From the human T2T-CHM13v2.0 reference genome, Homo sapiens, in NCBI RefSeq assembly GCF_009914755.1, contig NC_060927.1: 64,000 nt of DNA; one strand, written 5' to 3'. A program made the translations under genes and the position numbers. A model generated the notes under the pieces. The model saw nothing but the letters and a program-made list of their open reading frames with translations, was not told the DNA's origin and ran no database searches. Below, piece after piece: positions 30,851-44,891 of the stretch (the stretch's first letter is position 1; every line of letters starts with the position of its first letter).

Positions 30851-31279
30851 CTAATTTAAGTGAGGCAGTATCCCACAATTAAAAAAATAAAATAAAATAA
30901 AAAAACAATGGTTCCTTTCTCCAAAGAGTCAGCCAGCAATGATCAAGAAAACAGCACAGTGGTGTATACTATACAGCTTTGGTACCAATGCCAACAACCC
31001 AAAGTGATAAAAAATTAAGAACAGAATTTATACAAAAATAATGCTTAAACACATGTTTTATTAAAAGCTATAGAAAAAGGGATACATTTGAAATAAAAAT
31101 AGCAGTATTTTCTGCTTTAATAACCAACTGTTGACTAGTCTCGTACTTAGAAAACGGCAGGTTGTCACCTAGTGAACTACTCAAAAATCTCTCTAACTAG
31201 CAAGATAAAAAGCAGTATTTCAAGTCCACTGAACTGAAATGAACATACCATACGAACATAATGGCAGTGTACATTGCTC

Positions 31280-31744
31280 ACATACAAAACCACATCATAA
31301 AGCCGTAGTGATTAGAAGGGCATAGTGACCAAAGCATGATCCTCTCCTCCAGAAACAGACTCAAACACACAGAAAAGTAGTATTTTTTTATATGACATTG
31401 CAAATTCATGAGGCCAGATGAATTAATCAACAAATGTTATTTTGGGAAAGTGAGGACATTGAAAAGAATGTGAACCCTACCTCACACCTTATCCCAAATA
31501 AATTGGAGACAGATTAAAGATTAAAAATTTTAAAAATAAAAATGTTTCATTTAAAACATAAAGCATTGAAAACAGCAAAATGATTTAAAATACTTTTAAA
31601 AAGTCATTTTTAAACATTTTTACAGTGGGAGAAACCCAAAAGAAAAGACTAACAAAGCCAATTACAGAAAATGAAAAGTTCAGATAATACAAACCAAACA
31701 GAAAACAAACCAAAACACCTACAATCAAAAAAATAAAGGTAAAA
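31280..31744 (+). mobile_element. Old L1M ORF2 fragment
   Basis: 'ccagaaacagactc', 'aaccctacctcacacctta...ataaatt...gattaaagatt'. Confidence 0.65.
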
Positions 31745-32049
31745 GGCTGGGTGTGGTGGCTCACACCTGTAATCCCAGCACTGAGGATTGGAGACTGAGG
31801 CGGGTGGATTACTTGAGACCAGGAGTTCGAGACCAGCCTAGCAAACATGGCGAAACCCTGTCTCTACCAAAAATATAAAAATTACCAAAGCATGGTGGTG
31901 GGTGCCTGTAATCCCAGCTACTCAGGAGGCGGAGGCAAGAGAATCGCTCGAGCCCGGGAGGCGGAGGTTGCAGTGAGCTGAGTTCACGTCACTGCACTCC
32001 AGCCTGGGCAACAGAGCAACACTATGTCTCAAAAAAAAAAAAAAAAAAA
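31745..32049 (+). mobile_element. AluS
   Basis: Full dimer with poly-A tail. Confidence 0.94.
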
Positions 32050-34664
32050 GTTAAAGGATAGACAGGCAAAAGTTCAATGGCCTTTGAAAAAGGTAAACTG
32101 AGGGCTGCTGAAAGCCCTAAAGCAAGGAGACAAATGCAGATGTAGGTTTAGGACTCAGCATGAATGCTGTGGCTGGAGACATGGGGTATGGCAGATGCCT
32201 TTCATGAAAGCCAACAGAGACTCATCTCCCTACCTCCCAAATGGCTGTGGAGGAGTTTCCGTTCTGTGACTCTACCTCTCCTGTATGGGTGGACACGTAA
32301 CCAGAGGTAAGCATCTGATCTATGAACAATCAACACAGAGATTGAGTTGAGCCATGCTCTCTACAGGGCATTCAGAAGTAAATGGGATTTCCAAGTTCAA
32401 TTAGCAGAGTTGCCTGCATCTCATATTTGACACCTTTACCCTACATGCTGCTTACCTGCCCAGGATCTGAACTTCTGGATATGTATCTTTATTTCACCCC
32501 ACACTCTGAGTCCTAACTTTCTACCCTCTAAAATGATTCCACCACCATCCGTGAAAGCAGAACTGATAACTACAGGCTGCGTGACTCATGTTTGGTTTTG
32601 ACTTTTCGTAACCACGATCCACATTAAGAGCTTTTTCAAATAATTGTTTATAGGTTATATGAACTTCATAATTTTGAATGACACAAGTTTCTACTGAAGT
32701 GATTGGTCTGCCACTTCCACTGCCAGTGAAAGAATATTCTCTCTGTGTTCTTAAAATCATTCATTCTAAATGACACTGGGGTAAGATGACCGAAAACTAA
32801 AGGGATGACATTTTGCTTAAAAGGTAGAATTGTAAACACCAGACTGCACTCAGAAAAATGGAGATTTCTCAAAATTTAAAATCCTTAACCATGAGAAGGA
32901 TAATTAACAAAATACACTTCAGAAATATGAACACTTAGAATGCACTTAGTCACTTTACGAGAACTACTGTAATCGTGCCCAAGCCTAAATGCGGATGTGA
33001 GTATAATCACTGACCAGTTGCAGCAACACTGCTGCTGAGAATGGACCTGCATCAGAAGACATGCCGAGGGACAGAGCTGGTCTCAGCACCCTTAGGTTTC
33101 AATGCATGTAAGAGCCAGTGTTCAGGCTGCAAAGGTCTGGGCATTTGTCTTTCCAGGCTAACAGAGGAGGAGACAATGAGACTCTACATCAATTTCCCAG
33201 TATATTCTGCAAAGTGATAATGAATTTCTAAAAGAAAACTAAATAAAAATATCATTTAGTTGGCTAAAGAGCTTCCAGAAGAAAGGCCTCAGACCATTTC
33301 AAAAAGAAAATGGACAACTCTCAAACACAGGGACATAGATGAGGCAGAAAAGAAGAAATATGCATACCTATAACCATGGCCTTGACAAGTCATTTTATAG
33401 AAAGGTAAGATCCAAGTCTTGAGGCACTTGCTCAAGCATTCAAATATTTCTGGGGCCAATCAAGTGCTGGCTGTGGAGATGCCACATCCTGACCCTGCAA
33501 ACAGTTTAGTGGGGGACACAGGCTTTCACATATATGACTGTAGCACAGTGTGATATGTCCAATGTCAGGGGCCAGTAATGAGAACATGGGGGCAGGAAAG
33601 GAAGGAGAGAGTCCTCACACCTCAGCCAAAGTGGTTCAGGAAAACATCCCAGGAAAAGAGGTGTTTGATATGGGTGTTAAAAAATGGGCTCGCTTTCCAA
33701 TCTAAAGAACTTGAAAGTATCATAGACGACACAAATGTGAAGACATCCAATGATCATGGATTGGAAGAATATCATGAAAATGATCATAATCTGATTATCC
33801 AAAGCAATCTACAGAGTCAATGCAATTCCTATCAAAAAACCATTTTTTTCACAGAAATAGAAAACTCAATCCTAAAGTTCGCATATGGAACCAAAAAGAG
33901 CCCAAATAGCCAAAGAAATCCTAAACGGAACAAATCTAGAGGCAACACATTGCCTGACTTCAAATTATACTACAAAGCAATAGTAACCAAGACAGCATGG
34001 TACTAGTATAAAAGTAGATTTATAGGCCAATGGAACAGAATAGGGAACCTAGAAATAAAGCTAAATACTTAGGACCAAGTGATCTGAAACAAAGCATTAA
34101 AAAACATAAACTGGGGAAAGGACACTCTATTTAATAAATGGTACTGGGAAACCTGGATAGCCCCATGTAGAAGAATTAAACGGGATCCTTATCTCTCATC
34201 ATATACAAAAATCAACTCAAGAGGGATTAAAGACCTAAATCTAAGACATGAAACCATAAAAATCTTAGAAGAAAACCTAGGAAAAACTCTTCTGGATATT
34301 GGCCTAGGCAAACAATCTATGACTAAGACTCCAAAGCAAATGAAACAAAAACAAAAATGAATAAATGATACCTAATTAAACTAAAAAGCTTCTGCACAGC
34401 AAAAGAAACAATCATCACAGTAAAAAGCCCACAGAATGGGTGAAAATATTTGCAAACTATGCATCTGACAAAGGACTAATATCCAGAATCTGCTAGGAAC
34501 TCAAACAAATCAGCAAGGATAAAAAACAAATAATCCCATTAAAAAATGGGCAAAGGACATGAACAGACATTTCTCAAAAGAAGATATACAAGTGGCCACC
34601 AAACATGAAAAAAATGCTCAACATCACTCATCATCAGGGAAATGCAAATTAAAACCACAGTGAG

Positions 34665-34995
<331 letters not shown>

Positions 34996-35324
34996 TTACC
35001 CCCTCCAGAATGGTCATTATTAAAAAGTCCAGAAACAATAGATGTTGACATGGATGTGGTAAAAAAGGGAACATTTATACACTTCTGGTGGAAATGAAAT
35101 TAGTACAACCTTTATGGAAAATAATATCGTGATTTCTCAAAGATCTAAAAGTTGACCTACCATTCTATCTTGCGATCCCAATACTGGGTTTCTACCGAAA
35201 GGAAAGTAAGTCATGAGATCAAAAAAGACACCTGCACACATATATTTATTGCAACACAGTTCACAATTGAAAAGACGTGGAACCAACCTAAGTGACCATA
35301 AACCAATAAGCGGATAAGGAAAAT

Positions 35325-35455
35325 GTGATATATATATATATTTATATTTATATAATTATATTTATATTTATATATAATTATATATATGTATATATAATTA
35401 TATATATTAATATACATATAAACATGATATATATACACACATATATATATGTATA
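35325..35455. repeat. AT-rich (TA)n low-complexity tract in L1
   Basis: Degenerate TA repeats. Confidence 0.9.
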
Positions 35456-35871
35456 CCATGGAATACTACTCAACCATAAACAAGAAAAAAATAATGTCTT
35501 TTGCAGCAACTTTCATGGAACTGGAGGCCATTATTCTAAGTGACGTAACTCAGGAAAGAAAAACCAAATACCACGTGTTCTCACATACACAGAGGAGCTA
35601 AGCTATGGATATGCAAAGGCATACAGAATGTTATAATGGACACTGGAGACTCAGAAGGGAGGGTGGGAGGGGCGTGGGGGATTTTAAAAAACTACATATT
35701 GGGTACCATGTGCACAACTCAGGTGATGCATGCCCTAAAATTTCAGGCTTGACTGCTATACAATTCATCACATAACCAAAACCTACTTGTACCCCTAAAG
35801 CTATTGAAATTTGTTTAAACGAAAAAAACTTGAAAGTGATACAGTTTTAATCAACCAGTTACTGAGGATGG

Positions 35872-36396
35872 ACATATTAGTTTATTATTGCCGCTGTCAC
35901 AAATTACCACATACTTAGGGCTTGAAACAACACATATTTATCCTATCGTTTTGGAAGTCAGAAGTCTGAAATGGCTGTCACTGGGGTAAAACCAAAAAGT
36001 AAGCAGGGCTGTGTTCCTTCTGGGGGCTCTAGTTCAGAATCCATTCCCTTACTTTGTCCAGCTTCTAGAGGAAGCCCACATTCCTCACCTCATGGTGCCT
36101 TCCCACATCTTCAAAGCCAGCAACATCAGGTCAAGTCCTGCTCACACCACAACACTCAGACCTCTGCATCCCTCATCACACCTTCTCTCACTCTGACTCG
36201 CTTGCCTCCCTCTTTCATTTATAAGGACCCTTGTGAATACATTGGACCTACCTGAATAATACCAGATAATCCCCCTATCCCAAAATTTTTAACCTAATCA
36301 CATCTGCAAAGCCCATTTGGTCATGTAAGGTAACATTCACAGGTGTTGGGGATTAGAATTAATACCTCTTTGGGGGATCATTATTCCACCTACCAA
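35872..36396 (-). mobile_element. MLT1D-like MaLR solo LTR
   Basis: 'acaaattaccac...gtcagaagtctgaaatgg...ttataaggacccttgtga...aatcacatctgcaaag...ggggattag'. Confidence 0.88.
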
Positions 36397-36459
36397 AGTG
36401 GGTTAGGGACCACACACCCGCCCTAAGTGCAGACGGAAGCAGCAATGGCCTAGGATGTG

Positions 36460-36590
36460 TAACATACATACATACATATAAACATATATACAGACATACA
36501 TATATAACATATATTACACATATATACATGCACACACATATCCATTACATAGATGATATCATACATATATACAATATATACATACTATGA
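36460..36590. repeat. (CA/TA)-rich low complexity
   Basis: Degenerate (CATA)n. Confidence 0.75.
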
Positions 36591-36969
36591 TAGTAAATGT
36601 TTTATTTGTAAAAAAAAAAATCAAGCAGGATTATATTAGTCTCATTTCTTATACTTTGCTATGCTTTTGTGTGGGCAAAAAGCCGTATGGATCATGTACT
36701 GGGGACCACAGGTAAGTACATACAGCCATGCAGACACCCCATGCATATAAACTCCATCCAACATGTAGATTACTGCACCCCAAATAGATAGATACATATA
36801 TACGTAGACAGATAAAAGAACTGCTTTTCAAGTCGGTGTTCCCCATAGTGTGGTACATATTCCATTTACTAATTCAAACTTTAAAATTCGAAAAGCAGCA
36901 TACTTAACATGCATTTAAAAATATATAACCATCATGTCAGTCATGATTTCATAAATGCCACAGCTTGGA

Positions 36970-37245
36970 ACTATTCTGCCCATAGTAGTCCCTAGCCACA
37001 TGTGGCTCTTGTCAATGTAAACTGTGACTAGTCCAAACTGAGATGTGCTATAAGTGTAAAATACACACAAGATTTCATAGCATTAAAAAAAAAGAAATCT
37101 CATTTAAAATTTCTTATTGATTTGCATGTTGAAATAATAGGATACAGTGGGTTAAATAAAATGTAAAATTAATTTCTCCTGCTTCTGTAATATGGCAACT
37201 CAAAAATCTCATGTGCCTTGCATTATATTTATTTTAACAGTACTG
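36970..37245 (-). mobile_element. MER33
   Basis: 'tagccacatgtggct...aactgagatgtgctataagtgtaaaatacacac...gggttaaataaaat'; strand tentative. Confidence 0.8.
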
Positions 37246-40200
37246 GATTAAAACAATGCCAAAGCAGTTGTGAAGTGAAAACAAAATGAGTTGAGCTAAA
37301 GTAAATATTAGTAAAGTTAGCATAAAGGTATTACAAATATCTTGAAATTTCAAAGCTAATAACCTATGTTTGGTAACACTATACAACATCCCTGGAAAAT
37401 GGAATCCAGCTTTTGAATATTTTCTGGAAAGGGTATCTTAGTACTTCCGAGGTTGTTCAATGTAGTGGTAGAGGGGGTCAAATGAAAAACATTTCTTCTT
37501 TGTATTGACTGGAAATCTGAAAAACCTTTGTACATTTCTCTCCAATGCCCTTAGTTCTGGCTTATAAAGCACAGCACAAACCTACCCACTACTATCCATA
37601 ACTAGCTGGTTCTGGCCTTTTGAACCTTTAGTTTCAAGGCTCCCATGAAACCAACACAGCAGCTTTGTAACTTCACAAACTTGAAAGACCACATTGTTGG
37701 AGGAAGATTCTTACTGCAGGCCCTGGCATTCCCCATTGATGAGCTGAAATCAGTTATTATGAGGTTCTGTATACACCTTCTGATGATGGATAAAACAAAT
37801 GCATATGCCTCACAGGCACAGCAGGAATTAAAAATACATTAGTTCATCGCAACTTCAGATCTGGGATTGAGGAACGTTTGGATGACTTTTTTTTCTTTTC
37901 AAATAAAGTTTAGATGAGGCAGGAATTTCACTACAGAGTAGAGTTCTGAGACTCTCCAGGTCCAGTTCAGCACTTGGAGAGAAATCAAATACATCTTATC
38001 TTAGGTATGGCACTAACTTTCATCAAAAAATTATCATATGCTCAGTCACAAATGGTTATTGTAAAATCTTTACTAACCTAAGTGCATATAAAAATTGTGA
38101 ATTCCTAATACAAAGCAGTATTTGACTTTTAAATTTCATTTTAAGCTTGGCCCGTTCACTTGGAATGTGATTACAGAGTAAATTAAAAAGTAATCACATG
38201 TGAATTACATTTCCTCATGAATGTAATGACTTCAGGAGGCTGATTAATGTTAAGCAGTGCCTGTCCTACTGCATGCATACCTTCCCAGGTGAGATATGCA
38301 AGATAGCTGTCGTGAGTTGTTTAATTTTCTTTTACTGGTATTCCAGGGAGACTGCCTGAACACATAATAGGCTCAGCACATTCATTAGGACTGAGGATGT
38401 TCTTCCCTTTGGTATGCTCAAGTCCCACGTGCAAAATACCATCACCGTCAACTTATGGTTATGAGAAAAGCCCAAGGGAGGCGGTGCAGCTCTGGTACCA
38501 TTTTCTACCTAGCCAAGTTTCAATTTCTCAATCTCTCTTTCTATCTTTTTGGCAAATTCTTCATATTTGAATGGAATAATTCCAGAGAATCACTGAAAAA
38601 TGCATTTGCACCAGTGTAAAGGTAACGAATTGTCTCACAAGGAATGAAGGCTTATTAATAATCTACAACAGTATTACTGCAGAGAACAAAATTTAAACTA
38701 AGTGGAGCACAGGATCATTAACATATTTCCTCTCAGGTAATGGGGAATGTAGCAGTCTAAAATATTTACTCCTTTCTGTAGTCAGGTTAAGGCATTGTTT
38801 TCTAAAGGAGTTGTCAGAGGAATCACGCTATTGTTAGAAGTGGAAAAGGCTTGGTGCTTCATTATTTCTGTGCAAAAGAAGAGCAAATACAGTGGATTTA
38901 GTAGCCAGCCAAGGAAAGCCAGGTACTAAAAATTACCTTGGGACAAAAGTTGGTCTTTTATTCCTGTGATTCCCCATTCCACTGGGAGGAACAATGAACT
39001 AGTAGAGCAGCCTGACAACATGTTACATCATAATCTAGAACATATAGACAGCTGATGTCATGAAACTGTCATACTATATGTGATGCTCTCTGACATCATC
39101 TATTATATAAAATTTTGTTTTTCTTTTTTAAGTTTGGTGAGACAGGCTAAATTGAATTCAAAATCCATCAGTGACTCATGACCATCAGTTAGAAACATTC
39201 TGGATTGGGAGCCTTTGGAATCACAGGAGTTGAGAGACTGCCAGCTCACTTCATTGTCATTTAATTGTGGGTCCTCAAAGGGGAATGTTCCAAATGTCAT
39301 GTCTTCCCAGCTTTGTGTGGGTGGTGGGAAAATGAAGAGGGGTAATAGGGAGAGAATTAATGTCAGGAGAATAAGACAGAAAAGGCCTACAATTCTGTAG
39401 TTTCTCCTAAGACTGGCTTCAGGATTCCTTTGAGTTTAATATTTCTGTTATGTTTTTATCCTGAGATATTTAAATTTCCAGAACATTCAAGGTCAATGAT
39501 AAGACTATTAGAAAGATTTTTATTTAAACATAAACTCAAAAGCACTCAAGGATAAAGAAGAAACCTATGAGAACTCTGAGTAGGTAACCTACAATTCTTC
39601 TGTGTTAAGGAGAGAGTAGAGAGAATTACTCTTGTGTTTCAAACTGGGGGTGTCAAACATAGGGGACTAAAAATGTGAAATATACCAGTATACAATATAA
39701 CTCCATTGCCTTAACTGAGATGACAGACACTAATATTCTTTTGTTGTACTAGGGTTTTTATTCTGCATTTGTTGTACCTTATAACATTTTTAAGGCCTTT
39801 ACTAACCCACTGTGTGATTCAGAAGAGGGTGATCAAGAAAGTGAGTGACCTAGAGAACACACCACGGGATAACCAATCAACATAGACAAGGTAAGACTTG
39901 GACACTAGGGATGGGATTAGGAACAGGGTGTCTCCATCCAGAGGACAGTACTGGGTCCAGGCTATAAAGGCAGAGACACTGGATTGTGGGTGCTCCCTGA
40001 CGTGCTAATGAGAGTTCTGTTACCAACAGGACTGGGATAATCAATTTCCCTTCTCTGCATCCCCTTTCCACATTTTAGGGCCTGATGTTTGACAGCCATC
40101 TAATGAGCTAAATGAATTCTACGAATTCTGCTCTACCATGTTGGATTTGCTCTTGTGGATAATACTCAGCAGACCACTACAATTTCTAGTGGGTCACAAT

Positions 40201-41137
40201 CTACTTTTGACCTCCCCCTTCTCTAGGACATATCCCTGGCATTTTCCTATACATGACCAAAATTACTTTTAGAGAATGTAATTTTGTATAAAATGGGAAA
40301 AATTAATTAAATCATTAAAATATGAAAAGGATCCTCTTCTAACAAGGTCTTTCCTCTACAGGGCATCCATGCTTTGAACTCTAGGGACAGCATTAAACTG
40401 AAGCACCAGTGTCTTTCTTCTGGAATCAGAATCCCTTTGTTGCTTTTGGGGGAAAAAAAAAAAAAGGCTGTCATTGAACTTTTAATTAGGTTCCAAAAAT
40501 GTGACCTGAGGCAATAATAGAATGATTTATTTTAATGCTACACTGCTCTTGATGATATTCGGTTAAAAATGGGCCAGCCTTTGAAACACCCTGACACCAC
40601 ACACTGGCATCTACAATGTTGAGGCTACTGATTCAGTTTTATTTCCCAAGATGTCTTTCTTTACTCCTTTGTTCAACCACCCATCCTTCTGTCCATTCAT
40701 CCATTCAACAAACATCAACATTTATTGCCAGGCATTAAGGACAGACAAGCAACAAAAATAAAATGGTCCCTGTCTCCAACATAACTTACTAAAGTTCAGC
40801 TGGGAAGACAACCACTTACCCAACTTAAAATAGAACAACGTGGGTGGAAAGTACTCAGTCCAATTTAAAGAGACCATAATATCTAAGTTTTGGTCTTTAC
40901 TGCTCCCTCTAGCCTGGGTTTTATGTTTGGTTTAGCCATTTAACCACCACTATGTATAACAACACGTATGTTCCACTGCTGATTTTACCAACAGAGGCCA
41001 GTCTCACGGTGGGAAACGTGGCTCCCAATGGTATCTTATATACCAAATGATCGTCTATGGTAGATTTCAATCATCATTCTAAATTCTACATTGTGGGTTT
41101 GTATTTCTGAGTGCCAATACAAACCACAATACTATCT

Positions 41138-41230
41138 ATTTTTTAAGAGATGGGATCTCACTATACTGCCCAGGCTGGCCTTGAACTCCTAGGCTCAAGT
41201 GATCCTCCCACTTCAGCCTCCCAAGTAGAA
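41138..41230 (-). mobile_element. FLAM (Alu monomer) fragment
   Basis: 'gagatgggatctcactatactgcccaggctggccttgaactcctaggctcaagtgatcctccc'. Confidence 0.85.
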
Positions 41231-41889
41231 TATCTTAAAGTCCAGGGCCATTCAGAGGAAGAGAGATGCTACACTGGGTAGATAATCAGAAGAAAAGAAT
41301 CATTTAACAACCACCCTACCCCCCAAAAAACCCTTTCTCTCTGCAAAATGGAAGGGCCATCTAGAAAGAAACAGAATCATTCATACATATTTATTTTAAA
41401 ACCAATAATTAACCACCTATTGCAGTACTGAAGTTCATGGCCTACATGGGATTTATTATACTGATTAGTCCACTTCTGTGTATATTTAACCTATCTCATA
41501 ACTTTTTTTAAACAGTCAATACTAATAAATAGCTGAGTTCATCTAAAATATATTGGATCTAAGACTACCCAAATTTTCCTCAAACATCCTAACTAGACCC
41601 CAGTTAAACTTCTTTTGGAGTCTCAGGGAGAAAAAAAAAAAATAGAATGGTTTAGAAATTCTTGACTGAATTTTGTTACATTAGCTCAGCATAAGCATTA
41701 CAGCCACCAAAACCACTCTTACCAGTAAGTTCTCCATAGCAAGAGATGGCTGCCTGTCCCAGGATTGCCCACATATGTCTTCTTAGGATACTCCAGGAAC
41801 AAAGAGGAGAAAAATAATCTTGGAAATTCTGTAGACTGTTTTGACTTTTTAACCCATTCATTCAATCCATAAAAAGGAACAAAGTGCTA

Positions 41890-42040
41890 TAATGTTACAG
41901 TGGAAAGAGCATCTTTTCAGAGGAAGATAGCTGGAATTTTAGTCAAGACTTCGTCACTAATTATCATTGTGCCTTTAAAGCATATCACTTCACTTTTCTG
42001 GACCACATTTACTTACAAGAAAAATGAGGAAGTTGGACCA
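41890..42040 (+). mobile_element. MIR fragment
   Basis: 'agtggaaagagca...aaaatgaggaagttggacc'. Confidence 0.55.
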
Positions 42041-42819
42041 ATGACCTAGTAGCACTCGTTTCTGATTCTCAGTCTGAAGTCAATGGATGCTATTAACATG
42101 GAAGTATTTTGAAGCTGCATTTCCTGCAGGGGCAAAGCAATGCTTCCTCCACATTTTCCTGACTCCTTTCAAGTTCTCCTAGAGAGCTCCTAAGACAATT
42201 CATAAAGAGAAAGGGGGTACTGCTGCCCAAGCACACATCCTTTGTCACGGTGTGTGGTCAGGCACTAGTTGGCATTAATTTACTTGTTCACAGTTGTACA
42301 TGAGACATTATTGGTAGAGTAGTTATGGTTGCCTGATTGTGGATGTGTAACTAATTCTGGAAAAGGATGCTATAAAGTTACAATCCAAACAGTCTCAGCA
42401 GGTGTCACTGTAGTCAGGAGAACATATCTTCACAAACACTCATTATTTATTTATCCTTAAGTAAGAGAAGGTCCCTACCAGCCAGCCTAAAAGTACTGAG
42501 CTCTGTTTCCCATCATAAGGCCAAGAATCATCAACTTTGTAAGATCAAAAGGGGGTTTTATGTACGCTCTGTCTTCGTGCAGGTCTAAGTGGAGCCATGA
42601 CAACCTGAGGCACATTTGTAGATATTTTTTCAAGGTTATAGGCAGAATGGCACTCCACAGCATCAGTCAGAAAGCTACTCCCATGCCCTACTTTGTCTAT
42701 GACCTCAGTTTTATCTACTTTTATTTATGAGTGTGGAGCTTAGGATTTCAGTGACAGAGTAATTTGTTTGACACATTACAGTTAAAAAAAAAACCCCAAT
42801 AGAAGTACATAGACATACA

Positions 42820-43027
42820 CACACACGTGTCTGTAAAATTGGTAAAATCTGACTAAACTCTGTGGATTGTACCAATGTTAATTTTCTAGTTCTTACATGA
42901 GACTATAGTTACTACAGTTAAGCAAGATGCTAACTATAGAGAGTTTGCATGAAGTGTGTGTGAGTCTTTGCATTTTTGCAACTCCTGTGAATGTTGAATT
43001 ATTTCAAAACACAAAGTTAAAAAAAAA
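42820..43027 (+). mobile_element. L1MC/ME-type 3' end
   Basis: 'tgtggattgtaccaatg...ttttgcaactcctgtgaat...attatttcaaaa...aaagttaaaaaaaa'. Confidence 0.7.
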
Positions 43028-43612
43028 TGACAACCACCAAATAATTAAGAAACCTATACCTTCAAAAGCAAGATTTAAAAAGTAATTGTAAAAGTTCAGG
43101 AATAGTGTAATGACACGGTTCATCATCAGTGAACACCTCTCCTTCAAAAAATATTTGTATGATAATAAATATCCCTCAACAAAGGCATGTAAGTCACCAG
43201 TATTCATTCCCAGGAAATAAGGACTGTCTCTTTCAAAAATATTTAGAGGACCTGAGATGACCCTTTTCCCCTAGGTCACACCAAGAGTTTTTATCACTGA
43301 AAGCTCCTTTTTGCAATTCATAGTTTTGACAAAAAAGATTTTAGTGATGTGTCTGTGTCTCCAGATGCACTGCTCTGTGCAACTATATAATAACTATTAC
43401 CTGGTCAACCTATGTCAGCCCATTGGAACTGATCTTTAAGAACACAAAAACATATATGTACACACTGGTATGAACAGCAAATCATTCTTAAAATATTTGA
43501 TTTAGAAAAAAATGCAAGAGAGACGATAGTTAATATCCACAAAAGGCAACACAATTTCACAAATAGACAAGAAGGGGACAAAGAAAAACTAAAAGAAAAA
43601 AATGGGGGCAAA

Positions 43613-44020
43613 GACAGGAACAGGAAGACAAACTTCGCATGTTCTCACTTATTAGTGGGAGCTAAAAATCAGAACAATTGAACTTGTGAAGACAGAGTAG
43701 AAGGATGGTTAACAGAGGCTGGGAAGGGTCATGGGGAGGGGGGTGAATAGTTAGTGAGTATAAAAAACAGAAAGAATGAAGAATAAGAGCTAGTGTTTGA
43801 TAGCACAACAAGGTGATTACAGTAAATAATTTAATTGTACATTTTAAAATAAAAGAGTATAATTGGATTGCTTCTAACACAAAGGAAAAATGCTTAGGGA
43901 GATGGATACTGCATTTACATTGGTGGGATTATTACTCATTGCATGCCTGTATCAAAATAGCTCATGTACTCCATTAATATATACACCTACTATGTACCCG
44001 TGAAAATGAGAAATTAAAAA
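43613..44020 (+). mobile_element. L1MA2/3-like 3' end
   Basis: 'gacaaacttcgcatgttctcactt...tttgatagcacaaca...cattgcatgcctgtatcaaaat'; TSD-like 'aaaaaatggg(gg)caaa'. Confidence 0.88.
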
Positions 44021-44042
44021 ATGGGCAAATATATGGAGAGGT

Positions 44043-44372
44043 ATTTTATTTATTTTATTATTTTATTTGAGACAAGGTCTCAGTCTGTCACCCAGGCTGG
44101 AGTACAGTAGCATGATCTCAGCTCACCTCAGCCTCCACCCCCTGGGCTCAAGCGATCCTCCCACCTCAGCCTTCTGAGTAGCTGGGATTACAAGCACGCA
44201 TCACCATGCCCAGCTAATATTCTGGTTTTTTTTTGTTTTGTTTTGTTTTTTTAGTAGAGATGGAGTTTCACCATGTTGCCCGGACTGGTCTTGAACTCCC
44301 GGGCTCAAGCAATCTTCCTGCCTCGGCCTCCCAAAGTGCTGGGATTACAGGGGTGAGCCACCCTTCCCAGCC
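44043..44372 (-). mobile_element. AluJb-like
   Basis: Full dimer; 'gggctcaagcgatcctcccacctcagcc'. Confidence 0.92.
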
Positions 44373-44691
44373 TGAAAAGGTATTTTTAAGGTGGGACAAT
44401 ATAAAAAGCCAATAAAAATGAAAAGATGCTCAAATTTAATAGAAGTCAGAAAATGTTAGAGAAAACAATGAGATGTCATTTAGACCTAATGCACTAATAC
44501 AAATGAAAATAAGGGGAAATACCTGCTCTGGATTTAGATAAATGGATATTCTGATACATGGTAGATTAAAATATCACTTTTAAGGCTTTATGAAATGTAA
44601 TGTAACAATACCTATCAATATTTAAAAAGTACATTTTCTTAAATCTAGTACTTTCATGGCTGACAATCTATCCCATTAAAAGTAGGTTATT

Positions 44692-44891
44692 AGTGAGACC
44701 CCATTTCTACCAAAAAAAACAAAAAAATCTGGCCAGGCATGGTGGCATGCACCAGTAGTCTCAGCTACTCAGGAGGCTGAGGTGGGAAGATAGCTTGAGC
44801 CTGGGAGGCAGAGGTTACAGCGAGCCAATATCGCGCCACTGCTCTCCAGCTTGGGTGACAATGAGACCCTGCCTCAAAAAAAAAAAAAAAA
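44692..44891 (+). mobile_element. AluJ, 5'-truncated
   Basis: End of left arm, linker, right arm and poly-A. Confidence 0.9.

Noticed and set aside
33578-34006. 142-aa ORF with an RT-associated peptide
   Set aside because: Decayed L1 ORF2 remnant with frameshifts, fused by chance to upstream sequence
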